A DNA stretch of 64,000 nucleotides from Sphaerodactylus townsendi (GCF_021028975.2 NC_059437.1:35464001-35528000), one strand, 5' to 3'; counted from the first letter of the stretch, positions 48,574-61,628 are shown. The notes: generated by a model from the sequence alone, not told the origin. Numbers and translations: made by a program.

Positions 48574-49541
48574 CATTACAATATAATTCCTCCCACCTGC
48601 AGTCTATGCTGCCATCTCATTTTGTGGCATGTATAAATCAAGCCTGCAGTAGCACCAGCACATTATTCCCGTACCAAGAAACGTTTCTCCTGCTAAACTT
48701 CTACAAGTTGAGGTACTGTTAAAGGAGGAGGCCAATAAAAAACAAACAATAGCAATACTAGCCAGGATAAGAACATGCCTTCTTATTTCCCTTGATTAGA
48801 TAACACATCCTTCCTAATGTTGTGCAGCTCCTATTTCCAGGTATCTTGGGCAGGAAAGTGTCCTACAGGATTGTGGCCCAGAGTGACCAGATCTACCTTC
48901 CGTGCCACAGCCCTTCCTGCATCTCCTGGGAGGGCCACCCATAGACAGAATCGACCTGTTTAAAATGCAGCGATGTGGCATGGGAGGCCACAATGACAGC
49001 CCTGCTTCGGACTCAGACGCTATAATGGCTGTCTTTGTGATCTCCATAGCAACTTGATAAAACATCCGTGAAACAGATGGGGATTAAGTGAGCCAGCCAA
49101 GATCCCTTTGGTCTTGGCCGGCTCCATGTTAAGCAAGATATGGGCTTCTATGCTTGAAAAGGCTAGCCCATCTATCAAGCTGAAACTTGTGAGAATTTAC
49201 AGTTGTGTCTTCTACTCTCTGAGGGACTCAGGACTCTGACTGTTTGGAAGCCATGTTGCACCAAAGTGGAACCTGGAGGTTATTCATTTTTTTAAAACTG
49301 TTTTTGCACCCCACTGCATTCTCCGGCTTTTTCTGCTTTATCCTCACAACTCTGTAAAGTAGGTTAGCTGAGAGACTGGCCCAAGGTCATCCACCACGTG
49401 TCAATGGCAGACTGGGGGGGGGTTGAACCTGGGTTATACGTTAACCACTATACCACACTGTCTATCTAGATTAGTGATTTACTCAACTGTTCAGGCTTGG
49501 AATAATGTGGTGCACAGCAGTGAAAGGACTCCTGTATCTAT

Positions 49542-49689
49542 GGCTCATTCCACACATGCAGAATAATACACTTTCAAACTGCTTTCAGTGCTCTTTTGAA
49601 GCTGCAATGCTTGAGATAGCCAAAATCCACTTGCAAACAGTTGTGAAAGTGGTTTGAAAACGCATTATTTTGCGTGTGCGGAAGGGGCC
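49542..49689 (-). mobile_element. Harbinger-like MITE, copy C
   Basis: Inverted relative to copies A and B; 3-bp TSD TAT. Confidence 0.8.
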
Positions 49690-49823
49690 TATGACAGGTA
49701 TGCAGATGAGGACATGGTGGAAGATTCAGGTTTACTCATTCCTACAGTACATGACAAACTGCACCAGAAAATTCTCTCTCCTATTCAGCTGTTAATGGTT
49801 CAGGAGTAAAGTTCCCATCTCTT

Positions 49824-50060
49824 ATTAATTTACTTCGTTTATAGATGGCATTTCTCCCAATGGGAACCCAAAAGTGGTTTACATTTTTCTCATGGCCTCC
49901 ATTTTATCCTTGCAACAACCTGTGAGGTTGGTTAGGCTGAGAATGTGTGTCTGGCCCAAAGTCACCCAGCAAGCTTCCATGGCAGACTAGTGATTTGAAT
50001 TTACATCTCCCAGATCCTAGCCTGATACTCTGAGGGTGACATGACACCACACTGGCTCTG
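49824..50060 (-). mobile_element. tRNA-derived SINE
   Basis: Similar to 2388-2602 and to the SINE core. Confidence 0.7.
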
Positions 50061-50129
50061 CCCCTTTGCCTGTAACACAGGGTCTCCTGCCTTCTGAGCT
50101 GAGATGACTGGACATGAAATACAGAGTCT

Positions 50130-50292
50130 CAAAGGCGTAGCTCCAAGGGGGAGGGGGTGGGGGTGCGCGTGAAGCATTGGGACCGTTTCCCTGTGGGGGT
50201 GTGGTGAGGGCGTTCCAGGGGAGTTCCGGGGTGGGACGGTGGCGAAGGATGCACCAGTGCACCTGACGCTTTCCCCCCTTGCTACGCCTCTG
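50130..50292. mobile_element. GC-rich hAT MITE, same family as 39285-39439
   Basis: TIRs CAAAGGCGTAGC/GCTACGCCTCTG; perfect TSD CAGAGTCT. Confidence 0.88.
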
Positions 50293-51220
50293 CAGAGTCT
50301 TCTCTGTGGTGCTGCTGCACCTTGGAATACCTTTCCCCATCACTTTAGCTATGAGCATAAGGACCATTTTTTCAGACTGCTGCTATTCCTAATTTTTGCA
50401 GATCTTAATTTTTATAATGAGTTTTGGTTTTTATTTTTTGCTATGAATTTGAATTTGTTTTATTAGTCAGCATGTGAAAAGGTGGTGAATAAATATCTTG
50501 GGCAACCCAACAGCCTGTTGCAGAGAAAAATCAACCAGTAATATCTTCCTGGCATGGCGATAAAATTGTAGGAGGAAGACTGACTTGCTAGTTCCTGTGT
50601 GCCAAACAGCTATTAAAGCCACAGGGGCAGAGTCTGAAAAAAAAAAAGCAAAGAAAATTAGATTTAATGCAAGTAACTAGCTGTCAGCCTTAACACACCC
50701 CTCCAACACACACACACACACACACACACACGACTGGGATAATCATACTGATTTAACTTACAAAGCTGTAACTGTTGTAATGATTGCAAGACAATTAGTG
50801 TGAATTGCTTTGAAGTTTGAACACTCAGAAGCAAATGTAAATATTAAGAATTATAGAATGGTTCCTGCCCTTATTTATTTCAGCTTACCCAAGAATGAGA
50901 AAAACTTTGCAAACTGAGGAAATCTGTTTGTAACTAAGGCTTATATGATAGAAGATAACTTTGAAGTGAACTTCCAGAGATAGCGTCTTTTGCATCTTCT
51001 TTAATCTCTCTATATTAGACTTCTGTGATTATCTACATTTTTAAATCTTGTCCATTCTCCAAGGAGCTCAAGATGGCACATGGTTCTCTTATGCATGTTG
51101 TCTGCTCAATAATCTGTGAAGTAGGCTAGGTTCAGGCAGTGATTGGCAGGTCACCCACAACCACAATGCCATTCTAAGCATTACTTCCAGCCTCCCAGGT
51201 GTTAGTTCCGCATACTAACC

Positions 51221-51546
51221 CAGCGATTCCCAACCAGGGTTCCGTGGTACCCTGGGGTGCCGTGAGCATGTCCCAGGGGTACCGCAGCAATGCTACTGGC
51301 CCCCCTCACTTTTGTGGTGTCTCCCGCCGGCACCAGCAAGGACATGGAGCTGGCCCAGGGGGCAGGGCCTGCCGCAAGGTCAGCAGCCACTTCCCGCTGC
51401 CCAGTGCTTCCCTTCACCCTGGGAGGGGAAGGGGAGGTGGCAAGCAGGGGCACTGGGAGGGGAAGGTGGGGGGATGGCAGGGGTACCATGAGATATGAAG
51501 AGTGAGGTCAAGGATAGCGTGACATTGAAAAGGTTGGGAAACACTG
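51221..51546. mobile_element. hAT MITE inserted in the tRNA head of a reverse SINE
   Basis: TIRs CAGCGATTCCCAACC/GGTTGGGAAACACTG; perfect TSD TACTAACC. Confidence 0.9.
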
Positions 51547-52009
51547 TACTAACCACTACACTAAACTGGGCCTCTGACAGCTCTGATGGGTGACTATCAG
51601 CAGGGTTTTTACAGCAGTGTTCTAATGCCTGTGAGAAAGGCCCAAGTTTTTGGGTGGATGCTTTCCCCTGCCTTTAGATCAAGGCTTCACCTGCTAAATT
51701 TGTGCCTGCCAATGAGGCCTGACCCTTTTTGTCTTGAAGAGCAACTGAGAGACAGAAATGCATTGTGAAGCGCTGAGGAAGGAAACATGTCTGCGGTTCA
51801 GGCTGAAGTTAAACATAAAGCGGAAAATGTTGTTGAGATAAGACCCCATTGGGGGAAAAAGTGGGGTATACATGAAGTAAATGAATAAAAGCATCAGCAC
51901 TTAGCATCGACTGCTGCTAAAAGCACAGAACACCAACCCCACACCTCCCCCCAACAACGCTGCCAACTGACCAGGGGGAGAAACTGGCCTGCTACTCTGT
52001 CTTTACCAG

Positions 52010-52830
52010 CGTAACGTTGTGGGCTGCAGAAACTAACAAGTGGGAACTTTCCGCGACTAGCCTAGGAGGTCAACATGAGCTCCTGAGCCGTGGTGACAAA
52101 GCACAGGGACAGAAGCCCAGTCTACAGTTGGCAACACCGGTGTCCTGCGTGACCCTCATTCCTCCGCCTCCTTTCTGCTCCGAAAGAAAGTTGCAGGAGG
52201 CGAGGCTGCTTTGGGGTGCGTGCGTGCGTGCAGGCCTCTGGGAGGACCCCCGCTTCCCTCCCCCCGTCGCCTCCCCCACCTGAGAACCAATTAAAACTCC
52301 ATGAATTCAAGTGGGGGCTTTTGTGTCTCGCATGCGCGGGCCGGACAAAGGCTGCTCCCGGCCGCAATAAAAGCAGTTATTCAGCAGCCCGGCGCTTCTC
52401 ATTCAAATCACTTCCACTTGAACCACCCCCTTCTTGCCGAGCCTCCGCGGAGTTCCCAGGGACAGACTCTTGGCCCCCTGCTCGGAGCAGCCCGCGCTAA
52501 GCGGCCATACGCAAGCCTGGGCCGCCGCCAGGAAAACTGGCACCAAAAGCTGCCGGGAGAGCAGGGCGCCAAAGGGTGGTTTGCAGCGGAACATCCAGTG
52601 TGGGGGCACCTTCCAAAGAGAAACAAGAGCCACCTTTCCTTCTGCACAGGAGACGCGCAGCTCGTGCGCTTCTGCAGAAGATTCGCTTTGCAGTCTTGGC
52701 AGTGTTCCCCCCGCCCCCGCCCCCTTGGAAAATTGGTGGTGACTTTCCTGCAAGAGACCTTGCGGAAAGCGTGAGATAGTATTCGGAGGAATGGGCTGCG
52801 TAGGATCCACCAATGTTGAAAATTTCCCCG
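52010..52830. promoter_or_regulatory. Orphan CpG-rich island, candidate MSI1 upstream enhancer
   Basis: CpG-rich with no repeat hallmarks; overlapping RBPJ/NF-kB-like GTGGGAACTTTCC plus SOX-, NKX-, homeobox- and NRF1-like motifs. Function inferred. Confidence 0.5.
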
Positions 52831-52887
52831 CAAGTTGAAAGCTAGTTCAATAGGAAGCAAGGCACTAGATGAGACTACTTACTGTAA

Positions 52888-52906
52888 CACCACCACCACC
52901 ACCCCC

Positions 52907-52948
<42 letters not shown>

Positions 52949-52957
52949 ACACACACA
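52888..52957. repeat. (CAC)n - C41 - (AC)n low-complexity tract
   Basis: Poly-C 52908-52948. Confidence 0.9.
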
Positions 52958-55900
52958 ACAATAACCCACCTTTCATTCCCTTGTATTGTAAGTTCCTTGG
53001 GGCAGGGATCTGTTGTCTTGCTTGCTGGTTTGTATCAGGCCGGTGCACATTGGCAGTGTAATCTGAACAGTGTAATATGAATAGTTCTATGGAACCAGCC
53101 ACACTTCCTGAGTTGAGAGGATTGTCCTGTATGTGCTATAGATGGGACAATAATAAGAACCAGGAAGAACATCTGCCAACATAGGACATTCTGGTGCCTG
53201 GGCTGGAAAACTTATTTCTATTAATTAAAACTGGATGTGCTATATCTGAATATTCATCTTTATATGTCTTATTGAACTGAATGAGAGCTGTGCCAGACAT
53301 ACAATTCCCATTCTTTTTAGTGCTACTTGCCCAGGGGATCTTCTTCATGAAATTTGCACCCATGGAAAAATGATCCATCTTGACTTGGCTGCCTGTAACG
53401 CTACCAAAATGAGTTGCCTACCTGCACATAAAAAGTACATCACATGCTAGCACAGCCTGTTGTTTACCACGCTAGCTTTTTATTTGCAGGGAGGTGTTTT
53501 TTTTTAATTAAGAGAAACATTAAAACCATTATTTCCCACTTGCAGGCTCATGATAGAACCACTTTTGTGATGCTTCATATTGGGAATTAGAATCAAAGTT
53601 TGTTACTTAGTGACCACTGAAAGCTACGTTATGCTGAGTGAAACCCTTGGTCCATGTAATACGGTATTGCATACTTGCCTCTATAGGTCTCCCAAACCAA
53701 AGTGCAGAGAGAGAGAGAGAGGCTTCTTTCAGGTCTGCTAATTTTAACTTCAGGTGTCAGGAGTTGAACCTTTGGTATGCAAAGCGTGTGCTATGGCTTC
53801 AGGACGCTGATTTAGAGGAATTATGATTTGATATAGGATAGGAATTATTTCCCCACCCCACCCCTTAACTTTGGCTGACAACTCTTACACATCTCAAGGT
53901 CACTCTGGGATGGCAGTAGCTAGTAATTCTAGACTTTAAGGAAACAGAAAAATGTGCACTTTGTGCTTAAACATCTCTGGCCTTCAAACAGTGGCCTCTT
54001 TAGCCCAGTGTCCCTTATAGAATGTGTTTGCCTCTGGCATGCTTCCGCAAAGTGGCCTGTTTTCTATCAACAAAATGGATTTGATGGTCTCAGTTCCTTC
54101 TGTGTTGAGAAAATGGCTTCCACCTCACCACAAAATGCCGCTCGCTAAGAGGAGAGTTCCGGGCCTGACCTGAGACGAAATTACATCTGACTCCAAGATG
54201 GGTAGGGCCCATCGGGTCAGGGGGCAAGGCCATGGCTGGCTGGGATACTGGCCTTTGCTCCGTGAATTAGCCCCAGCAGCGAGCACAGAATACATCATGC
54301 CAACATTCCTGGCCTTAATGCTGGAAAGAGTCAGAAAAGGGACAGCTGAGGAAAGAGTTTGTGTTTTTCCCAACACTTCAGTAAACATCTCCAACTTGGA
54401 AACTGATTCCTACAGGTTTATTATGCTCCAATGGGTGATTTACCAGCTTGAGAGCCATTGTGCTGAATCCGGCATACATCATCAAGAAGCTGCTCCTGTT
54501 CACAAAACATTTTTGGTGTTTGAGGCAGAGAACCCCAATTACACTTTCCTGCACCCAGAAGTAAAAGTTCAGTTAATTAGAAGAGGCAATTATCATCAGT
54601 GGGTCCAAGAGTTTAAGATCATCCTTGTTTATTTTTCAGGCTATTTTTGTTCTGGTGCACTATTCTAACTTAAACAGAAAAGTAACACATTAAAGCAATG
54701 TCTGGAACAATGGAATTTATCTGACCTTATTCACCATCTGAAAATAAGACTGGTGTATCGAAATCGTGGGCTGGTTGGATATTACACTGTTACCAAGCTA
54801 TAAGCGCTCACTTCTTGTAATAACACTTTTTTTTTTCTGTGTGGACAAGATAATCCAGTTTGCTATAGCACAACATAGTACAATATTCAGAATGTGTGGA
54901 TGCAGCTCTGGTGATGAGCAAATTACTTCACTGTAATAGATTTAATTGAAAAGCAGATGATTAATTAACAAAATATCCTTTAATCCCTTTGCAGGACCTA
55001 CCCTTAAAGGATTTTGGTGTGTGGGGTGGTGTAACCAGTGGGTGCTATTAGGTACTGAAATGTAGTATAAGCTGTATTGACTTATTCTGTAACCTCACAA
55101 ACACATATAGGCACAACTTTTAAGGTGCTATATGACTCCTTAAAGCTGGTGCAGACAACAGTTTAGGCCTGGTAGGGAGCAAATTCAGCATTCTAGGTTT
55201 GACATTTCTTGTTAGATCAAAGCAAGTAAGACTTTTGAGGAAGTCTTTCTGCAGCACAGTGCCTTTTCCTTCTGAAGGAGTTTCTCAGGAAGGTAGTGGA
55301 TCTCCATCTCAATTAGGATAGAGCGACTGATATGTCAGGTGATTCATATAAACCAAATACCCTGGCAAGCCAATGCTGTCTGAGCTGCTTAGGGAGATTT
55401 GGGCCACGTATTTCTGTCCCAGCCTCTGGATTTGGCCTTAGCCTGTCACCCAGCCCCAGCGCAGCGGATTGCTCCCTCTGGAATTGACTCCCAAGATCTG
55501 GTTCTTCTATTTGACAGGGTGAGACAGCCCTTCCCTGGCAGTACGTTTTGTGGTACCATTAAAGATCAGCAAGTTGTCAGTCATTCACAGTGCCATCCTA
55601 AGCAGCTTTGCATGTGGAACCCTGCTCTGGTGTATTTTGATTGGGGTTGCTGCCAGGCAAGTGTTGCACCATTACGGCAACATTTTTTAGCCACCATAGT
55701 TAGGGGGAGCCATTTTGGTTTTCTGTCACAGGCACCAAAATATATTGCACTTTCTGTTGGCTCCCTGACTATCCCACTGATGAACAGCTGAGCATAAAAT
55801 GCTTATGTAGTCAAAGACACAGGGCCTATATCAGACCCTTTTTGTGCCCAAGGAACAACAACAGAAAATCCAGGTGGATTCTGCCCCTCCCTGTTATTAA

Positions 55901-55976
55901 CTGAGCAAGCAGTTCTGTTAAGCTGGTGGTTCCATCTCCTGTATGAAGTTCATATGCCAAGCGGTTGGCTTAGCAG

Positions 55977-56384
55977 CAGTGGTGGGATCCAAAAAATTTT
56001 AGTAACAGGTTCCCATGGTGGTGGGATTCAAACTGTGGCGTAGCGCCAATGGGGCTGGGTGGGGCATGACGGGGGCATGGTCGGACATTCCAGGGGTGGG
56101 GCATTCCTGGGCTAGGCTGTGGCAAGGATGCAGCCGCTGCGCCGGTCCTTGGGTGGGAAATGAATGCACGCAGAAGCGAGGCTGCCACGCACAGCTGGTG
56201 CACCTCCTGCTAGACTGCTTCAAGTTCTGCTTGCTTGCTTACTGCTGAGAGGGAGGGGCATAACTAAAGGCAAAAAATCTGCGTGGCAAAATCACCTGTT
56301 AATAGTAACCCCTCTTGGCACACACAAATAATTAGTAACCTACTCACCAAGGAACCTGTGAGAACCTGCTGGATCCCACCTCTG
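55977..56384. mobile_element. hAT MITE
   Basis: TIRs CAGTGGTGGGATCCA/TGGATCCCACCTCTG; perfect TSD CTTAGCAG. Confidence 0.9.
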
Positions 56385-56891
56385 CTTAGCAGCCATTCAG
56401 CTGCAAAGATTTCTCAGTTCAAATGTCTTCTGTAACAACCCACTCTCCTTCTTCATCACCCTTCCCAGTTCCTTTACAGTATGGGTATAATAGAACTGAC
56501 TCTACCTTTTTAGAAAGAGATGTTTTAATGATGACTTTAGGTGCAAAGTGCTTTGTAGCATTTTAAAACACCACACATATCCCAAACACCATCATTCTGA
56601 TATATCACTCTGTTTACTTACTCTTCTATGGAGCAAAAGCTACCATGATTTTAACTGAAGATTTTCTGGGAACCTTACACTATTAGATCTCAAATCCTGA
56701 TTCATTATCTGATATTTTATTCAAGGGGTAGAGGCTGAAATGAGTTGACAAACCCTAGCGAAATCAAGAACTCTGGATTAATTTCCTCCCCATTCCTTCG
56801 GTAAGAGGAGGAATGTGTGGAATAGTTTCAGTGGTTCACCTCAGAGAACATGTGTAGTTCTCTACGGAAATACAAACATCTCTGGATGGGG

Positions 56892-57000
56892 AGAGGCCAT
56901 GGCTCAGTGACAGAGCATCTGCTTGGCATGCAGAAGGACTGAGGTTTGATCCCTGGCATCTCCAGTTAAAGGATCAGGTAGTAGGTGATGTCAAAGACCT
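56892..57000 (+). mobile_element. tRNA-Ala-like SINE head (not a functional tRNA)
   Basis: GGCTCAGTGACAGAGCATCTGCTTGGCATGCAGAAGG...GGTTTGATCCCTGGCATCTCCA followed by SINE body; similar remnant at ~24700-24830. Confidence 0.7.
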
Positions 57001-57038
57001 TTTTTCAAATTCTATTCATCCATGTGAAGCCAACTCGA

Positions 57039-57594
57039 GGCTGCTTCTGCACAGGTAACACAAATGGGTTAAATGAACCCCAGGTTGCCTGTAATGTTGC
57101 CATTTCTGCACCAGGGGCCATCCAGGATTGCTGGGATCCAGGCATCAGAATGAGGAGGAAACACTGTTTCCCATGTGAACCGCACATCTCAGAATCCCCA
57201 GACACAAAATGGCGGCCACCTAGAGAATCCATTCTAATGGCGGCAGGGACGGAGGGAAACTGCGCCTAGGGCAGAACCTGCCTGCCTGCATGCACCCCCG
57301 CCCCTCTCCCACCCCAGGGAGAGGACGGGTTTTTTTCCATCCCCACGTGATGCCAATGGTGCACGCCTGGGGCGTGGTTCCCCCCCTTCCCACTGCAGCT
57401 TCGCCACTGAGTGGTGGTCGCCTGCAGAATTCACCATAATGGTGGATGGAAGGTTGGGGACATAGAACGTTTCCTGCTAAGCTGTAGCTTCTGCACCAGG
57501 CAAGCAGTGGAAGCATCTGAAACTAAAGGGGAAGAGTAAGCGCTAATTTAGCAACTTTCATTAAACCCGAGTGAAAACCTGGTGCAGAATCACC
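57039..57594. mobile_element. Harbinger-like element with a nested hAT MITE (57244-57409)
   Basis: Ends GGCTGCTTCTGCACAGG / CCTGGTGCAGAATCACC; inner element CAGGGACGGAG...TTCGCCACTG with flanks AATGGCGG/AGTGGTGG. Confidence 0.65.
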
Positions 57595-59850
57595 CACTGA
57601 GTGATGGTATGCCAGTCACTGAAGTTTCACCTACTTTTACCAAGGTTGTTGTAAGCGACTAACTTATAAAAGAGGAAGGAAAAGAACATTTAAGCTGCTT
57701 TGGGTCCCCACTGGAGTTGAATAGTAGAGAGTCCTAAATTTTTAATAAAGTAAAATTAAGTTTCCAACAGCAGACCGCTATGGGAATCTCACATAGCTAA
57801 TAACTAACTTGATGGGAAATGTGTTTACCTCAGGGACCACAAACTCTGAATAATGGTAAAGTATCAATGTAAGAAACAATGTGAGAATTGAACAGAAAAG
57901 GACATTTTAGAGAACTTTGGAATCAACTCCCCACTCGTTATATTTTTTAAAAAATTTGTGTTTTGAAAGTTGAGAGGAAGTTGAACATAATTTTTGTTGC
58001 CACTCCCAACTACAAGGGATGTGTGATACCCTCATTCCCTTTGTCCGTTAAATTCCTTTTTAACTTGAGAAGGAAGAAACCTGACCATTTCAACTTTCAT
58101 GTTTCACCTTAAAGTGAAATCTAAGTGACAAATTTAGGGATACTTTGGGGCCTCCCTCAAAATCTTTCAGACAAACCTTCAAATGCTAAGGACATTTCCG
58201 TTTCCTACTTTTCAAAACCCAGATACACTTTCATGAGGAAAGGGGAGGCATGAGTGTCCTACTGTATCTGGAGGGCATTTTGCTGAAGGAAGGCAATAGA
58301 GATGTGAGAAAAACACAATTCTGCCCAGGAAGGGGCACGCTTTTACTCTCAAAGGTAATAGAGTTCTAATTTCAACTGCCTGAGAAATGATTAGGCATCT
58401 TTCTTTTCCTCCCCCCTTTGCACTTCATTGTTTACTCGATATATTATACTGTCAGCATTTCTTGTTTCTCTAGTTGTGAAATCCAGTTTATTGGATCATT
58501 GTTCCCTAATTGTGAAATCCAGTTGATGCGATTTATTGTATACCATTTCTATTTCATTGGTCATAGATTGGAGTAATCCAGTTTTATTGAACTGTTTATT
58601 TGTATGATATTGTCTTTTTACATTCGTCTTTATAACTCTTGTAGTCTGCAACCTTTGAGAGTGTCAATAAGGAAAACAGAAGTGATAAAACAAGTGAAAT
58701 AAAATAAACATCAAGAGAAAAGTGTGTAGTAATAGTTTGGACATTCCCACATTACAAAATACTCAGGTTGTCATAGGCATGTATACACCTGTATACATGA
58801 AAATGTATCAGATGATTAGGCTTTGGGGCAGACATCAGAGTGGTCAATGACAGAGTGGTACAACGGCCCACCCCCCCCCCTCCCACAAAATGCTGTAATG
58901 GATTTAGCAAAATGTTGTACAGCATGCAGGGAGGCATCTAGAAGATACTGCAGAATACCAAAGTCAAGATATACTCTAAGAAATCAGGATGCTTTGGATG
59001 AGGCTACACCCATTTTCCACCTTTAAGCCAAAGTTTAGGCAGTAAGTAAACAAATTTGAGACCGACTCCAAGCACCTTTTCCTCCTAACTGTTTTGGAAA
59101 GGAACAGGGGAACTTGCACATTAACTAGAGGCTCTTTGCTAGAAGCTGGAAGCTTAATGCCAATCTGCCCTAGCAAGAAGCTTTCCGGTGATGCTCATGC
59201 ATGCTTTGAGAAAGAGACTTGTTTCAGTTTCTAGGCCAAAGCTTGGAGTTGACCTCAAACGAAGTGTGTTTGCCCACCCGTGGCACATGGTGGAAACTGA
59301 CCAAGGACAGGTGACTTAAAGAATAATGAGAGAAAATAACAGAATGAGTGTGGGGGGAGACAGCTTCCAGTGCCCTTAAACAAGCCATGTCCTTAAGAGT
59401 TACTGAAGACACATTAACTACCTCTTTTAAAATACTATAACTGAGAAACACTTGCTGTACCGGCAATCCATCAAGGATTTTTTTTAGGTATTAGACCATT
59501 TAGAGAGAAAGGATTTAAAGGCTCTTCCAACAAAACCCTCCACCCACACTGCAAGTAAAAGAATTAGTATAAGATGAAGAAGGGATTAAACTACTTTTCT
59601 TGACATGCCTATGATTTTTTTGTGGACATGGAAGATTTTGATGTGGACAAGCATATACACTCCGATTTTTCATTCTAGAGGGAAATGCTACTGTTCCCAG
59701 AACACAATGTATAAAGTGATTACAAGTGGCAAAAGGCTAATTTTTATTCCAATGTCCCAGGGCACGCTATCTTGCTCTTGTGTTTGGGGCACATGCAGAA
59801 CAGTTTCCTCCCAGTGAATTGTGACTTAGGGTCCAGGTCTATCCTGAGCA

Positions 59851-59956
59851 AATGTATTTTCTCTTTATGTACACTGAGAGCATATGCACCGGAGACAAAT
59901 TCCTTGTGTGTCCAATCACACTTGGCCAATAAAGATTCTATTCTATTCTATTCTAT
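59851..59956 (+). mobile_element. 5'-truncated LINE 3' end with (TTCTA)n tail
   Basis: 59879-59956 identical to 21999-22076. Confidence 0.7.
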
Positions 59957-61472
59957 CTCCCACTGCTACCTTTAGCACCAGTCAAAATAAAATTAAACTG
60001 ACACAGAGCACAATCTGCTCATAGGTTACCTCGCAAAAACCTCACCGAAAAGAGGAAGATGTGCATAAACTGTGCTCTTAAGCATCTCACGTTTGTTTCA
60101 CGGGAGCTGTGCTGGAGAATTCCAGGGCAAACTGTGCCTACTGGGTCATATCTGCCCTTCTCTGACTCGGCTGCTGCCATTAGCAACACCCCCAAATCTA
60201 CCATCTGAGACAGCCTCCGTGTGCCTTGTCAAGCTTTCCTTGCAGAGCTGTCCTGCCCTTGAATGCACCTTCAATGGTTTGTGCAAAGCCTGCCTCTCTG
60301 GAGGGACTTAGTAGGAAGTGAATTCAGGATTGGTGACTGGAGCAGATGCACGGGGGGCGGGGGGGGGGAGCTTGAGGAGGGAGGGGAGGAGCGCACTGGC
60401 AGTATTATCATGTTTAAAATCAAGGTCCCATTCTCCCAAACGTGCCGGTTTCCCCTCGAGGCTACACTCTGCTGTTTATTGTTGCCGGTTGGATTGATCT
60501 TAACCCTTTTAAAGGTGCAAGCTCTCCCCAACCATCAGCTCCCCGTTGGTACCCAGTGGACAAGAGTAAAGATGCACCCAAGGTGGGCCCAGGAGGAGAG
60601 AGGCCCACAGCAACCCTGCTTCACACCCTTGACCATGGAGGTCTCCTTGACCCAGCAGGTAGCATCTCTGGAGTCGAGAACAAAGGAAACTCGTAACGAT
60701 CCTGAGCATCCCTTTGTTTGCGTCCAGGTCTGCCTCCCGGCTAAAGGCTCCTGGTCCCGGCAGATCTGTGGGAGGGCCTAAGTCGTCAAGCTTCCTCCTT
60801 CCGCGCTCCCCGCTCCCCCCACCTCCCCGCCCGCGCCGAACCTCCGAGAACAAGCCCCCTCTCCCGGCCTCTGAGCCCTAAAAGCGCGGATCTCCTGAGT
60901 CCAAGAGCCGCCTCTCCCGCGTCTCGAGGGGCGTCCCCGCTTTGTTCCCCGGCGCGCCGCGGAAGAGGGCAGGTTCTTCTCTTTGGGTCGGCCGTCATCC
61001 TCGAGGCAGGTGAGGGAATGCTCCCGATCCCCTGCCCAGGTCGGAGAGGTGCCCGAGCGCGGATCGTGGCCTTCCCTCCAAAACTCGGCGGGCCCGGGCG
61101 GGAGAGGGGCCAAGGCGGGCGGCGAGGTCCGTGCGCCCTGGGCGCATGGCCATCACACCACACCCCGTCCCCGGCGCGTCCCAGAGCCCCTGGCGCAGTT
61201 GCAGGCGGGTCGGCGGCCGGGTTTTTATGCTCACGCCGGCTGCCCGCCTGCCGGGGGGTGGGAGGAGCCGGGCAGGTTGTCCCCGCCGGGCCCAGCCCTC
61301 CCTCGCTCGCTCGCTCGCTCGCTTCCCCTCCTCCCCTCCCTTCCCCTCCCCGCCTGGCTGCGAGGGGTCGGGGGAGGGGGCAGCATGGCCTGGCCGTCCG
61401 GCCCCTTTTCCAACGCTCAGCTGCCCCGGGAGTGTGGCTCTGGTCCTCGCAGGAGAAGCGAGGTCCCGAAGC

Positions 61473-61531
61473 TGGGAGACAGCAGCCAGCCAGCCCGGCC
61501 TCGCCTCCCCGGACTCTCCCCACGATCCCTG
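61473..61531 (+). CDS. MSI1: MSI1 (Musashi-1) exon 1 coding part; the expected ATG reads TGG
   Basis: x-ETAASQPGLASPDSPHDP matches the MSI1 N-terminus (METDAPQPGLASPDSPHDPC); ends CCC TG|gtacct; synteny with COX6A1. Confidence 0.85.
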
Positions 61532-61601
61532 GTACCTGGCCCAGCGCCAGTCCGCCCCTCCCTCCCCGCCTGCCGGCCTCTTTTCCCGCGGCTCCGGGAG
61601 C

Positions 61602-61628
61602 CAGCAGCAGCAGCAGCAGCAGCAGCAG
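61602..61628 (+). repeat. (CAG)9 in MSI1 intron 1
   Basis: Direct count; (GCC)6 follows at 61762-61779. Confidence 0.95.

Noticed and set aside
56892-56964. tRNA-Ala-like sequence as a tRNA gene
   Set aside because: Degenerate D and T arms and continuation into a SINE body; it is a SINE head.
23300-60700. Additional protein-coding gene in the COX6A1-MSI1 interval (e.g. ORFs 24559-25101, 40962-41480, 52301-52774, 54198-54668)
   Set aside because: No recognisable domains or consistent exon chain; many ORFs overlap repeats or GC-rich blocks. A short or non-coding gene cannot be excluded without RNA data.
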